Part shown: positions 48,962-59,273 of the stretch, piece by piece
How positions within the stretch are numbered: position 1 is the stretch's first letter
How the letters are laid out: each line of letters begins with the position of its first letter
Source: Chloroflexota bacterium
GTDB lineage: Bacteria > Chloroflexota > Anaerolineae > UBA7937 > B3-Chlor
Length of the DNA stretch: 64,000 nucleotides
Assembly (NCBI GenBank): GCA_030603665.1
Contig: JAUVXJ010000001.1
Span: forward strand, 214,480 to 278,479
Direction of reading: 5' to 3'
Translations under genes and position numbers: made by a program
The notes under the pieces: model-generated
Databases searched by the model: none
What the model was told of the DNA's origin: nothing
Seen by the model: only the letters and a program-made list of their open reading frames with translations

Positions 48962-49014
48962 GGTCCATTATTGGTGCCCCCAGGGGCGGGTTTGCCGTAC
49001 GCCGGATATGGGGG

Positions 49015-50619
49015 CTAATCTAGAGGGTTCGAAGGCTCCTCGGATACTGTAATCGACTGAAACGGCATCACTCCGTCCGGGAGGACGAGCTCGCCTTCGA
49101 ATACACCGGTAGTCAAATCGTACGTCGCCGACCACCGAGAGGTCGGAGGATAAGCCTCGACTTCCATTGTTTCGCACCCTTCAAGCTTCTCGTAGGTGAC
49201 AGCGAAGTCGTGCACAGGCCCTTCTAACTTAGCACTGTCTGGATAGAAATGGCCTGACAGCGTACCGACAAAGCCGATACGCGCCCTACAAAACCAGTCG
49301 TCAGTCTGGCCTACATAGATGTAAGAGAAGTGGAAGTTTCCTGAAACGGGTCCCCCATCCACGGGGAAAGCGATGTTGACCTCGTCTGAATCCACCGTGT
49401 ACGAACCTACATTATCAGTGCCAAACTCGCCTTCGACGACGCACCAGGCTCCGGGCGTACTACACACCCCGCTTGAGATAGGCTCCGGCGCTTCTCTTGT
49501 TGCCGGGGCCAGGCATCGCCCCTCTTCGCAACTGTGCGAGCAGGTTTCCACCACCTCGCAGTCAGGGGCCAACAGGGTCAGCGTGGCCTCGTTTCCGCCA
49601 CAGTCTCTGACCTCGACATCCTCCGAGGAGTCGCAAAGCACAGTAGCCGGGTCTGGATCGGGCGGCGGCTTTATCCGATCATCCTCGACCTTCACCCCAC
49701 ATTGCCAGGCCTGGTGCAAGACGACCACGTTTCTACCAGCACGAAACCCACAGCCCAGCGTCCGCGGGGTCTCGGCCTTCTTGCACATTGTGGGTGTGAG
49801 GGTTGGCGGGTCGTCACCCGAAAAGAAAACACAACCGGCACCAAAGACGCAACTGCCGGTCGCTGCTAGCAGAAGAAGTGCACAGCTGGGAGCCGCCCAT
49901 AATGCCGCCGGCGTGAGCGTGAATGGGCAGGCCTTCGTGGCCGCCCCTACGCTGCCCACGCAGGCAGCGCCAGTCCCCCCCGTTCCAATCCAGCCCCCCA
50001 AGCAGGTCTTGATCTCGTGCCATGGGCCAGTGCTGCATGGCTCTTGTTCAGTCTGGAGAGCGCTCGCAAGGGCCGGCGGGCGCCAGCTTTCTGGGGACTC
50101 CGTCTCTCCGATCGGGTCGCCAGCGGCATCGAAGACGGCCACGCCCTGCTCGGTTAGCTCCAGGCGTCCCTGCCGCTCGTAGAGCACCAGCGTCTCGTTC
50201 TCGTACCTCAATAGCAGGGAACTGTTGCGCTCGCCGCTTGCGGCCTGGATAGCGATTATGGCCTCATCCTGAGGCGAACCGAGGGCCAGACCTGACAGTA
50301 CTGTGGCATTGCTGAGTATCACCTCGGCTGCCCCCCCCTGCTCGGTGTATCCCTGCTCCGCGGCCAGAGCGTAGGCATCAGCGAAGCTTTCGTCGCCCTC
50401 TACGGCCTGGAAGAACTCCTCCGTGGTGAGTTCCCTTTCGGATACGACCTCCACGGGTGCCGATGCAACCCCCGTTGGGACCGGGTAGGCCTCAACCGTG
50501 GTGGTGGGCTGCTGCCCACCATCCTCCTCACGAGCGGGCAGGCCGCAACAGGCGGTGATCAGCGACGCTATGGTCACGATGGAGACGACATTCAGCACCA
50601 GCGTCTTGGTCAGGTTCAC
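49015..50619 (-). CDS. Cys-rich secreted lipoprotein of unknown function (534 aa)
   Basis: It has a lipoprotein-type signal (LNVVSIVTIASLITAC) and 30 or more Cys residues in recurring short spacings. I recognise no family. Confidence 0.6.
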   Translation of the reverse strand: MNLTKTLVLNVVSIVTIASLITACCGLPAREEDGGQQPTTTVEAYPVPTGVASAPVEVVSERELTTEEFFQAVEGDESFADAYALAAEQGYTEQGGAAEVILSNATVLSGLALGSPQDEAIIAIQAASGERNSSLLLRYENETLVLYERQGRLELTEQGVAVFDAAGDPIGETESPESWRPPALASALQTEQEPCSTGPWHEIKTCLGGWIGTGGTGAACVGSVGAATKACPFTLTPAALWAAPSCALLLLAATGSCVFGAGCVFFSGDDPPTLTPTMCKKAETPRTLGCGFRAGRNVVVLHQAWQCGVKVEDDRIKPPPDPDPATVLCDSSEDVEVRDCGGNEATLTLLAPDCEVVETCSHSCEEGRCLAPATREAPEPISSGVCSTPGAWCVVEGEFGTDNVGSYTVDSDEVNIAFPVDGGPVSGNFHFSYIYVGQTDDWFCRARIGFVGTLSGHFYPDSAKLEGPVHDFAVTYEKLEGCETMEVEAYPPTSRWSATYDLTTGVFEGELVLPDGVMPFQSITVSEEPSNPLD

Positions 50620-51072
50620 GATATTCCTCCTTTCAATCAGTGCTCAACAACGCCCTTGGGCGGCGCTGTCCTCGTCTTCAGCGGACGGCACACAAGACGA
50701 GGGCGGGCGCGCCGTATTCCCCGCAGGACCTGGCCCTGGACGACAAACAGGCGATCTGGATTTGCCTCATCATGGTACAAGCGAAAGCGTTGTCAGCCCA
50801 GCGTCTACCCCACCGTGCATCCCAAGGTAGCCAGGTCACGAGTCTCGCCGGCATGGCTGGCAGATTCTGTAGCTCTACTGTAGCGCCTCTTCGCCTGGCT
50901 GTCAAGACCGGTGCTCCCTTTTTGGAGATCCAGGGAGCTATTCTCGTGTAGTTCTGATGGTCCAGCCTGACTTTCAGCACCGGATAAGTCCAGAAAGAAA
51001 AGCTCGCTGTGTGTAGCTAGCCGGGCTTGTCGAGGAAGGGATGGTGACGACAGCGGCCCCTTTCCGTGGAAT

Positions 51073-51420
51073 GTGGCCATGGCCGGAGGGCAAGCGACGA
51101 AGCAGGAGATGCTGGCTTCGACAAGCAGGGGGCTATGGGTGACCAGAGTCCACTACGTCAGGCCGGCGCACCCCCTCCGGACCATCGTGACGGGGATGAC
51201 CCGCGACAGGACGTTCCTCATCGAGAATGGAGAGATAGAAGGCCCGGTGAAGAACCTGCGCTTCACACAGAGCATTCTGGAGGCTCTAAGCGGGGTGGAA
51301 ATGATGTGCCGGGACACGAAGCTGACCCGCGGGGCCTTCATGGAGAAACTTCATATGAAGCATGAGGGTTCCGGCGCTGAAGATCGGGAGGTTCGCCTTC
51401 ACCAGCGCCACCGAGTTCTA
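51073..51420 (+). pseudogene. TldD/PmbA C-terminal fragment
   Basis: GLWVTRVHYVRPAHPLRTIVTGMTRDRTFLIENGEIEGPVKNLRFTQSILEALSGVEMMCRD matches the PmbA/TldD C-terminal domain well. The remainder of the called ORF (to 51564) is antisense to the zincin gene and has no homology. Confidence 0.5.
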
Positions 51421-51421
51421 G

Positions 51422-51790
51422 TCAGTATGCCCCCAGGTCCCGCAAGCGCTCGTCGGAAATGCCGAAATGATGGCCCAGTTCGTGCATCACGACCTGCCGC
51501 ACCTTGCTACGAATCTCCTCCGAGCTGCGACAGCAAGCCTCGACAGGTCCTTGATAGATCGTGATTCTGTCTGGCAGCACCATACCGTACCGAGACGTGC
51601 GCTCAGTGAGAGGCACGCCCTCATACAGGCCGAGAAGGGTCTCGCCAGGAGGGAGGCCCATCCTCCTGACCTGCTCACGACTGGGCCAGGCCTCAATGAC
51701 CACGTCTACGTTTTCCATCTGCTCCTGGAATTCGTGGGGCAGACTATCTAGAGCCTCAGCGACCAACCTCTCAAACCGTGACTTGTTCAC
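51422..51790 (-). CDS. zincin-like metallopeptidase (DUF1025/Zincin_1, HExxH)
   Basis: It reads VVMHELGHHFGISDERL. Confidence 0.7.
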   Translation of the reverse strand: MNKSRFERLVAEALDSLPHEFQEQMENVDVVIEAWPSREQVRRMGLPPGETLLGLYEGVPLTERTSRYGMVLPDRITIYQGPVEACCRSSEEIRSKVRQVVMHELGHHFGISDERLRDLGAY

Positions 51791-51793
51791 GCC

Positions 51794-52615
51794 TCACCCC
51801 TCGATCATCTTGCCCGGCTGGCACGCTCGGCAGAAATTGGACAGCCTGTTCCTTGCCCGTATCTCGGAGATCGGCGTTCCACACCGGGGGCATGGGGAGC
51901 CACCGTGCCCGTGCACCTGGAGAAAGTCCCTGATCTTGACATCTATGTCGTCGCCCATGCGCTCCCTCAACACAACGATGGCCTGGGATAGCACCGATCG
52001 TATGCATCGATGCAGCCTCTCGACCTCGTCAGGGGACAGGCTGGGGCGCTTCCGAAAGGGGTACAGTCGCGCCTCAAACAGGATCTCATCGGCATAGGCG
52101 TTGCCTATCCCTGCCAGGACAGCTTGATTGATGAGGAGACCCTTGATCTCGCCGCGCCTCGTGCGCAGCCTCTCTCGAAAGACCTCCAACGTGAATCCGG
52201 GATCCAGTGCGTCAGGTCCCTGCCCGCCGAAGCGGGGCACCAGATTCTCATCTGGGGTCAGATACACCTTCCCCATGGACTTCGGGTCCACATACCGCAG
52301 GTCCATCCCGCCAGACAGCCGCAAGATTAGAATCGTCCTGGCCAGGCGACGTGTGTCGGGAGAGCAATACTGCAGCCGACCTGCCAGCATGGGGTTGATG
52401 ACGATGGTTCGGCCGCTCTCCAGGCCTAGCAGCAGGAACTTGCCCCGCCTCCCCACCTCAGAGAGCGTGTCGCCCTCGAGGGTGGAAACGGTGTATTCCG
52501 GCAAAAGGCTGCGCACCACTAGAGGGCGAAGCACCTCTGACGCCTCGATCACCTGCCCTGGCAGCACGCGCTCCAAGTACTCCTTGATCACCTCCAGATC
52601 AGGCGATTCCGGCAT
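51794..52615 (-). CDS. mutM: formamidopyrimidine-DNA glycosylase (Fpg/Nei family)
   Basis: The N-terminus is MPESPDLEV (Pro2 and Glu3 are catalytic). The C-terminal zinc finger is CPRCGTPI...CRACQ. The start is at ATG 52615. Confidence 0.8.
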   Translation of the reverse strand: MPESPDLEVIKEYLERVLPGQVIEASEVLRPLVVRSLLPEYTVSTLEGDTLSEVGRRGKFLLLGLESGRTIVINPMLAGRLQYCSPDTRRLARTILILRLSGGMDLRYVDPKSMGKVYLTPDENLVPRFGGQGPDALDPGFTLEVFRERLRTRRGEIKGLLINQAVLAGIGNAYADEILFEARLYPFRKRPSLSPDEVERLHRCIRSVLSQAIVVLRERMGDDIDVKIRDFLQVHGHGGSPCPRCGTPISEIRARNRLSNFCRACQPGKMIEG

Positions 52616-53030
52616 CCGTCTTCCCGCCAGAAAGCGCAAGGATGAGATCCGGTGGCAGTCGCCGTATTCCGCCTTCCAGGTCCGTACACAGGTGCTTCGT
52701 CCGCCCCGTCACCAAGACTTGACCTGTCTCCTCCATCACTATCTCGTAGAAGAGAGTCACGGTTCGGCTGCGAACCTCTGCCACCGAAGTCCTGATCACT
52801 ACCACGTCGTCGTACCGGGCCGCGCTGATGAATCTGGCATCCACTTCCGTAACTGGAAGGTAGAAACCATCGTTCTCCCACTTGCGGTAGGTGCCCCCTC
52901 TCTGCCTCATGTACTCGCCCCGACCTACCTCGAACCACACGATGTAGTTGGTATGATATACAATGCCCATCGCGTCGGTCTCGGCGTACCGCACCCGCAC
53001 GGTGGTTTCGACTACACCGTTCTCGCTCAT
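52599..53030 (-). CDS. hotdog-fold acyl-CoA thioesterase (YbgC/4HBT-like)
   Basis: It reads VRVRYAETDAMGIVYHTNYIVWFEVGRGEYMRQ. Confidence 0.75.
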   Translation of the reverse strand: MSENGVVETTVRVRYAETDAMGIVYHTNYIVWFEVGRGEYMRQRGGTYRKWENDGFYLPVTEVDARFISAARYDDVVVIRTSVAEVRSRTVTLFYEIVMEETGQVLVTGRTKHLCTDLEGGIRRLPPDLILALSGGKTDAGIA

Positions 53031-53205
53031 GCGCTCTCCTCTCCCAAGGACGAAACGGGGGACACGTGCGCCATCTCAGGCAAACAGTTCTCCCTCACTG
53101 CTACCGGCATAGGTCTAGAAAGCATCTCCCTCACCGCCACCTTCTTCTCCCTGATCGCGAAGGGTTTCTGAGATTGCAGCGGGACCTCAATGCCGCAGTA
53201 GCGAA

Positions 53206-54144
53206 TCACTCTGCCACCGCAAGAAACTCCAGGATCAAGGCTTTCATTCGCTCCTGAGGACCGGTATCCACGTCAAACCAGTGTATCGTCTCATCATCGG
53301 CTCTGAACCACTTGTACTGCTGCCGCACAAAACGATGCGTCTCCGTCTTGATCTTGAGAACGGCGGTAGAAAGGTCCACCTCACCGCGCAGATGCGCGCC
53401 TATCTGCCGATAGCCCAGACCCGACATGGCAGGCAAATCATAGTCATATCTCCGCGATGCCAGATCTTGAACCTCGCTGAGAAGGCCCCTTTGCATCATG
53501 CTGTCCACTCGATCGTCGATGCGCCGGTACAGCTCCGTTCGTTCCATGGTCAAGCCTATCTTGAGGATTCGGTACGGCGGGCTCTTCCTCCGCTGCAGTT
53601 GGGAGATAGGTATTTTCAACTGCTCATACACCTCCAGAGCCCTGATAACACGACGCACGTTGTGCGGGTCGATCTTCTCCGCTGCCTGGGGGTCCACTTC
53701 CCCCAAGCGGGCGTGCAAGGCTCGTCCGCCATCTCTTTCAGCCTCTGTCAGCAGTTGCTGGCGAAGCTGGAGGTCAGGCTTGACACGCGGAATGACGAAA
53801 CCCTCCAGGACGGCCCGGACGTAGAGCCCTGTACCGCCCACGAGGAACGGCACTTTGTCTCTGCTGAGCACATCTCCGATAGCCTGATAGGCCCTTTCCT
53901 GGTATTGAGCCAGCGTGAACTCCTCATCTGGAGCGACGACGTCTATCAGATGATGCCGTACGAGGCGGCGGTCCTCCACGCTGGGCTTGTCGGTGCCGAT
54001 GTCCATGTACTTAAAAATCTGGCGCGAATCTGCGGAGATGATCTCACCCCCTACCTCCTGGCAGAGGGAGATGGCCACTCTCGTCTTGCCCACGCCCGTG
54101 GGACCTACCACGGCGATCAAGGGAGGCTGAGTGCCCGACGCCAT
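53206..54144 (-). CDS. miaA: tRNA dimethylallyltransferase
   Basis: The P-loop is VVGPTGVGKT, followed by ISADSRQIFKYMDIGTDKP. Confidence 0.9.
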   Translation of the reverse strand: MASGTQPPLIAVVGPTGVGKTRVAISLCQEVGGEIISADSRQIFKYMDIGTDKPSVEDRRLVRHHLIDVVAPDEEFTLAQYQERAYQAIGDVLSRDKVPFLVGGTGLYVRAVLEGFVIPRVKPDLQLRQQLLTEAERDGGRALHARLGEVDPQAAEKIDPHNVRRVIRALEVYEQLKIPISQLQRRKSPPYRILKIGLTMERTELYRRIDDRVDSMMQRGLLSEVQDLASRRYDYDLPAMSGLGYRQIGAHLRGEVDLSTAVLKIKTETHRFVRQQYKWFRADDETIHWFDVDTGPQERMKALILEFLAVAE

Positions 54145-54145
54145 T

Positions 54146-55162
54146 TCAGCCCTCGACAGCGTTTCTGATCAAGTGCATCTGCTGCACCGTCCCCTGGCGC
54201 GACATCTGTACAGATACAACGTCTATCCGCCAGTCAATGTCCTTCGCTTCGTGCTCCTGCAGGTAGGTCTGCGCTACCTCCACCAGCTTTCGCTTCTTGG
54301 CGGCGGTGATGGACTCCGCGGGTGAGCCAAACTTTCGGCTTCGTCGAGTGCGGACTTCGACGAAGGCCAGGCAACCTCCGTCCAGGGCGACGATGTCCAT
54401 CTCACCTACTTCGCAGCGGTAGTTCATCTCGCAGATCACGTACCCCTGCTCCTCCAGATAGTTGGCTGCTGCCCTCTCTCCCCTCCGGCCAACTCCAGCT
54501 GTACTGCTCACCGTGTCGATCTCCTGTGTCCCCTGCTCGACCATGAATCTCATCGGCGCATACGACAGGCGGTGTATGGGGCATAAACCTCTGCTGGGCA
54601 AAGCCTGTTGATGCTCTGGAGTACCGTACCCCTTGTGCCTGCTGAAGCCGTAGCCGGGGTACATGCTGTCCAGCGACACCATCATCGCGTCTCTTGCCAC
54701 CTTGGCCACGATAGACGCGGCCGCTATGGAAACGGAAAGATCGTCGCCTCTGGCGATACCCTGATGTGGTAGTCCCTTGTAGGCAAGGGGGAAGCCATCA
54801 ACGAGGAGATAGTCAGGAGGACAGCACAACTGATCCAGAGCCCTGGTCATGGCCAGCTTGGTCGCCGCCACGATGCCCACTTCATCCACGCGCCCCGCAC
54901 TGGCAACTCCTATGCCCAGAGCGAGGGCCATTCCGCGGATGCGATCGCTATACCCCTCGCGGCGTTTGGGGGAAAGACGTTTGGAATCGCGTATGCCAGC
55001 CAAACCCGGGGCCGGAGAGAGACAGTCCAGGGGCAGAACCGCGGCGCAGGCCAGCACCGGCCCAGCCCAGGCCCCCCGGCCCACCTCGTCGACGCCGGCG
55101 ACGGCCTGGTACCCCTGTCTGCGGAGGGCGAGCTCTCGATCCAGACTCGGACCGCTGTGCAT
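54146..55162 (-). CDS. rnhB: RNase HII fused to a YraN-family (UPF0102) endonuclease-like domain
   Basis: The N-terminal RNase HII part reads AGVDEVGRGAWAGPVLACAAVL...IRDSKRLSPKRRE...HRLSYAP. The C-terminal YraN part reads GERAAANYLEEQGYVICEMNYRCEVGEMDIVALDGGCLAFVEVRTRR, continuous in one frame. It starts 1 nt after the miaA end. Confidence 0.8.
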   Translation of the reverse strand: MHSGPSLDRELALRRQGYQAVAGVDEVGRGAWAGPVLACAAVLPLDCLSPAPGLAGIRDSKRLSPKRREGYSDRIRGMALALGIGVASAGRVDEVGIVAATKLAMTRALDQLCCPPDYLLVDGFPLAYKGLPHQGIARGDDLSVSIAAASIVAKVARDAMMVSLDSMYPGYGFSRHKGYGTPEHQQALPSRGLCPIHRLSYAPMRFMVEQGTQEIDTVSSTAGVGRRGERAAANYLEEQGYVICEMNYRCEVGEMDIVALDGGCLAFVEVRTRRSRKFGSPAESITAAKKRKLVEVAQTYLQEHEAKDIDWRIDVVSVQMSRQGTVQQMHLIRNAVEG

Positions 55163-55185
55163 GAGGCTATATCACCATACAGCAA

Positions 55186-55210
55186 CGGCCCCGCAGTTCG
55201 AATGGGGCCG
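55186..55210 (-). terminator. GC-rich hairpin (cggcccc / ggggccg, 11-nt loop) downstream of rplS and upstream of rnhB-yraN
   Basis: A 7-bp GC stem lies 68 nt after the rplS stop. The following minus-strand sequence is only weakly U-rich. Confidence 0.3.
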
Positions 55211-55277
55211 GAGTCTGCGGGGGCAGCCAGCGAGCTATTCGCCTGATCGCGAGGGTGGCACCAGCGTCATCCAGGGC

Positions 55278-55652
55278 TCACGCCCCGGACTTCGGCTCGA
55301 TGCGCTTCTCCTTTAGCCTTGCAGCCTTGCCCTTGCGATCGCGGAGGTAGTAGAGCTGTGCCCTGCGTACGTGCGAGTGTCTCAGCACCTCTACGCTTGT
55401 GACGCGAGGCGAATGAAGGGGGAAGGTCCTTTCCACACCTACGCCGTGGGCTGCGATACGCCTGACAGTGAAATTGGCGTTCGCGCCTCCCTTGCGCATG
55501 CGCATCACGGTCCCTTGAAAGATCTGAGTCCGTTCCTTTCCTCCCTCAAAGATCAGAGTGTGAACTCTCACCAAGTCGCCCGAGCGGAGTCGAGGTAGTT
55601 CTTCCTCACCCTTCAATTGCTGCTGTTCGACAGATGCTACTAAATCCACCAT
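55278..55652 (-). CDS. rplS: 50S ribosomal protein L19
   Basis: It reads RSGDLVRVHTLIFEGGKERTQIFQGTVM...GANANFTVRRIAAHGVGVERTFPLHSPRV. Confidence 0.9.
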   Translation of the reverse strand: MVDLVASVEQQQLKGEEELPRLRSGDLVRVHTLIFEGGKERTQIFQGTVMRMRKGGANANFTVRRIAAHGVGVERTFPLHSPRVTSVEVLRHSHVRRAQLYYLRDRKGKAARLKEKRIEPKSGA

Positions 55653-55782
55653 GACATTACACCATCCTGTTATCTAGACACTCTAGTATTCTACCATCAA
55701 TCTTTGCTTCTGGCAAGCGCTGGGTGCATGGCAAGCTTGCCCAAGCATCGGGGACAGGATTGCGCCCGCAGGAGCACACCGC

Positions 55783-57552
55783 CTATTCCTCACCGAGATC
55801 CAGACGCAGATGCAGCTCCCGCAACTGCTCGTCTGAGACGGGGGAGGGAGCGTCAAACATCAAGTCAGCGGCGGCGCCCGTCTTCGGGAAAGCCATCACT
55901 TCTCGGATGCTCTCCTCGCCCGCCAGGATCATCACCAACCGGTCTATCCCAGGGGCTATCCCCCCGTGGGGCGGCGTGCCGTATTCGAACGCCTCCAGCA
56001 AATGTCCAAACTGAGAGCGGATCTGTCCCAGAGGCAGACCCATGATGCCGAAGATCTTCTCCTGGGTGTCGCGACGATGGATACGGATGCTGCCTCCTCC
56101 GACCTCCACATCGTTGCACACCAGGTCGTACTGCTGAGCCCGAGCCGCGCCCGGGTCGGTATCCAGCAACGGTAAGTCTTCTTCCGCTGGCGCCGTGAAG
56201 GGATGATGCATCGCATCCCACCGGTTCTCCTGCTCCTTCCACTCGAAGAGAGGCATATCAACCACCCAAACGAAGGCCAGCTCATCTTTGTCCCGGAGCC
56301 CTAGCCGGTCCCCCATCTCCAGCCTCAGCTGCCCCAGGGACTCGGCGACCACAGCTGGCGGTCCTGCGACAATGAGGACCAGATCACCGGCTTCCGCGTC
56401 CATCCGCTCGATGATGGCGTCCAGGGCATCCGGGGAAAGATGCTTGGCCACGCTGGAACGGACCCCCTCCTTGGTCACAGCGATAGAGACGAGGCCCCGT
56501 GCGCCGTGTCGTTGTGCGAACTCGCCTAGCTCGTCCACCTGTTTGCGGGAGTAATCGGCGCAGCCAGGCGCCCTGATGCCCTTCACCTGCCCTCCGTCGG
56601 CGACCGTGGAGGAGAAGACGCGAAAACCACTATCCGCCACTAGATCGGAGAGATCCACCAGCGGCATCTGGAATCGCAGGTCGGGCTTGTCGCTCCCATA
56701 TGTGTCCATGGCCTCCTGGTAGCTGAGGCGCGGGAACGGTTTGAACAGAAGACGCTTGGTGGACACCTCCTCCACCAGGGCGGTGAACAACTCTTCGGTT
56801 AGCTGCAAGACGTCGTCTTGCTCCACAAAAGACATCTCGATATCCAGCTGGGTGAATTCGGGCTGTCGATCGGCTCTCTGATCCTCGTCTCGGAAGCAGC
56901 GGGCGATCTGATAGTATCTATCTATGCCTGCCACCATCAGCAGCTGCTTCAGTTGCTGGGGCGACTGAGGTAAAGCGTAGAAGTGACCTGGATGTATCCT
57001 GCTGGGAACGAGGTAGTCTCGGGCCCCCTCTGGCGTGCTCTTGATGAGAATAGGAGTCTCTACCTCCAGGAAGCCCCTCTCTTCCAGAAAGCTGCGGATG
57101 AAGCTGACGACCCGATGCCTCAGTATCAGCCTGCGTTGCAGGTCCGGCCTGCGCAGGTCAAGATACCTGTATCGCAACCGCAGGGCCTCCTCTGCCAGAG
57201 CTTCCTCATTGATGGGGAACGGGGGTGTACGTGCCTCGTTGAGAATCTCGATAGAGTGGCCCACGATCTCTATCTCGCCTGTACCCATCTCTGGGTTCTC
57301 CTGGTCAGCGGGACGACGCCTGACTTCCCCGGTGACCTTGAGCACGTACTCGTTGCGCACTTGGGAGGCCACCTGGTGCCCCTCCTCAGACGCTGAGGGA
57401 TCAACCACCACCTGGACCAGGCCCCACCGGTCTCTGAGGTCGATGAAGATCAGGCCGCCGTGGTCACGACGACGGTGCACCCAGCCTGCCAGTGTGACTG
57501 ACTTGCCTACGTCTTTGGCACGCAACTCCCCACAGGTGTCGCTTCTAAGCAC
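55783..57552 (-). CDS. aspS: aspartyl-tRNA synthetase
   Basis: It has an N-terminal OB fold, class II motifs ([24 protein letters not shown]) and a GAD insertion domain. Confidence 0.9.
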   Translation of the reverse strand: MLRSDTCGELRAKDVGKSVTLAGWVHRRRDHGGLIFIDLRDRWGLVQVVVDPSASEEGHQVASQVRNEYVLKVTGEVRRRPADQENPEMGTGEIEIVGHSIEILNEARTPPFPINEEALAEEALRLRYRYLDLRRPDLQRRLILRHRVVSFIRSFLEERGFLEVETPILIKSTPEGARDYLVPSRIHPGHFYALPQSPQQLKQLLMVAGIDRYYQIARCFRDEDQRADRQPEFTQLDIEMSFVEQDDVLQLTEELFTALVEEVSTKRLLFKPFPRLSYQEAMDTYGSDKPDLRFQMPLVDLSDLVADSGFRVFSSTVADGGQVKGIRAPGCADYSRKQVDELGEFAQRHGARGLVSIAVTKEGVRSSVAKHLSPDALDAIIERMDAEAGDLVLIVAGPPAVVAESLGQLRLEMGDRLGLRDKDELAFVWVVDMPLFEWKEQENRWDAMHHPFTAPAEEDLPLLDTDPGAARAQQYDLVCNDVEVGGGSIRIHRRDTQEKIFGIMGLPLGQIRSQFGHLLEAFEYGTPPHGGIAPGIDRLVMILAGEESIREVMAFPKTGAAADLMFDAPSPVSDEQLRELHLRLDLGEE

Positions 57553-57585
57553 TACTCTGTCTCCTCTAGCAGTGTTCGTGCTCTC

Positions 57586-58293
57586 TCAGAACATGCTGTT
57601 ACCATTGATCGTCAGATCGAATTTGCAGTCAAGGAAGAGCGCGGCCCGGCGGCTCATGAGCATCCTCGACATGAAGATCTCGAAGTACTCCCCAACCTGC
57701 GACACCTCGGTGTCGATGTCCAACTCCAGGGTGATAGTCTTCTCCTCACCATTGACTCGCAGGAAAGACCGCTTCACCGCAAAGTTGACCCGATCATGTA
57801 TGTCGAACGCCAGCGTGTCCGGGTTCTGTACCCGAGAGCGATGCGCGTCGGACTTGTCGGCCAGGATGACCGCTGCCGAGACATCGCCGACAGGCTCACC
57901 CCGTTCTTCTTCGTGATTGCCGATTGCTCCCATGATCAGCGCTATCTCATCGAAATCCATGCCTAGCCGGATCAGGATGTCTCTGGCGATCAATGCCCCA
58001 GCCCAGTCATGCTCGTCCCGGTAGATCACATTGCCGATATCGTGGAGATAGCCCGCGATCTCGGCCAGCTCTGTCCTTCGCTGAGGGTAGTCCAGGTGCA
58101 GCAGCACATTCTGCGCAATGCTGCCCACCAGCCGCGCGTGACGCTGACCGTGCTCAGTGTACCCCAGCACACCCATCTGCTCATTACCGCGCCTCAGGTA
58201 GGCCTGCACCTCCGGATCCCGTTCCACGACCCGCACCGTCACAGGAGACTCCCCCGCAGGCAAGCTCCCCTTCAACTCACCATCATCAGACAT
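57586..58293 (-). CDS. HD-domain metal-dependent phosphohydrolase
   Basis: It reads HGQRHARLV...AGYLHDIGN.... Confidence 0.6.
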   Translation of the reverse strand: MSDDGELKGSLPAGESPVTVRVVERDPEVQAYLRRGNEQMGVLGYTEHGQRHARLVGSIAQNVLLHLDYPQRRTELAEIAGYLHDIGNVIYRDEHDWAGALIARDILIRLGMDFDEIALIMGAIGNHEEERGEPVGDVSAAVILADKSDAHRSRVQNPDTLAFDIHDRVNFAVKRSFLRVNGEEKTITLELDIDTEVSQVGEYFEIFMSRMLMSRRAALFLDCKFDLTINGNSMF

Positions 58294-58382
58294 TCACAAC
58301 CCTACCCACGAGCATTCATGCGCCGCCTGCTCACTGCAGCGCCCCTTATGTCAAGCCGCCAAACAGATCCCCAGCCCCCCGG

Positions 58383-59273
58383 CTACTCACGGCAACGCTC
58401 AGCGCTGCCAACGCCGAGCTGGCTCTGCTGGGGGGCCGTCTGAAGCCAGATTATGTCATTCTTGATAGGATACTTTGAACCACAGCTCTGGCACGCCAGT
58501 CTGGTCGACCCCACAGAGAGCGCTGAACCGTGGCATCGAGGGCACCACAGCACTTGCTCGATCTCCCGCGGCCGAGCTCCCGCCGGTAGGGAGCCCTCTT
58601 TCCTGCCCCACACCAGATCGTAGTACGCCTGCCACTTCTTGGTCTCCAGGGAGACTAAGGGCAGATCTGCCAGACGGGCCTCCAACGTCGCCTTCGAAAA
58701 CGCCCGTCCCGGCATCAAGAGGCCGTCTAACCCTATGCGATTGGTCGCCACCAGCGTGCCGCCAGGCCTCAACACCCTCGCCATCTCCTTCACCGCTCCC
58801 ACAGGATCTCTCATGAACTCCAGCGCCTCGAGGCAGGTCACCGCGTCGAAGCTGTCATTCGCAAAGGGCAAGTCCATCGCATCCTTCCACAGCCAGTAGA
58901 CTCTACCATGGTATCGAGCCGTCTTCCGCTTCGCTTCCCGCAGCATCCCCATGGAGACATCCAGGCCGACAATCGTACCTTCGAACTCCAGGTTGCGCAA
59001 CAGCGTCTGAGGCAAACGCCCGGTACCAGTAGCCACGTCGAGGACCAGGGGTCTCTTGACGCCTCTCAGCGCTCGCACGAGAGGCAGTGCCAGGCGCCGC
59101 GCGTCATCCACAGCATCGAACTGCTTCACCCGGTCGTAGCTGGCAGCCCCCCGGTCGTACAGGAAGGCCACCACGCCCGATCCCAGGTACGCCCCCTCGG
59201 TCACGACAAGGAGCCAGTACAGAAAGCCGACCCCTGCTACGAGGATGAGCAGCAATAGCGCGACCGCTATCAT
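58383..59273 (-). CDS. membrane-anchored class I SAM-dependent methyltransferase with a C-terminal Trm112-like zinc ribbon
   Basis: It has an N-terminal TM. The MT motif I reads VLDVATGTGRL, and PGGTLV follows. The C-terminus is WCPRCHGSAL...CQSCGSKYPIKNDIIWL. The ATG at 59273 overlaps the upstream stop (ATGA). Confidence 0.7.
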   Translation of the reverse strand: MIAVALLLLILVAGVGFLYWLLVVTEGAYLGSGVVAFLYDRGAASYDRVKQFDAVDDARRLALPLVRALRGVKRPLVLDVATGTGRLPQTLLRNLEFEGTIVGLDVSMGMLREAKRKTARYHGRVYWLWKDAMDLPFANDSFDAVTCLEALEFMRDPVGAVKEMARVLRPGGTLVATNRIGLDGLLMPGRAFSKATLEARLADLPLVSLETKKWQAYYDLVWGRKEGSLPAGARPREIEQVLWCPRCHGSALSVGSTRLACQSCGSKYPIKNDIIWLQTAPQQSQLGVGSAERCRE

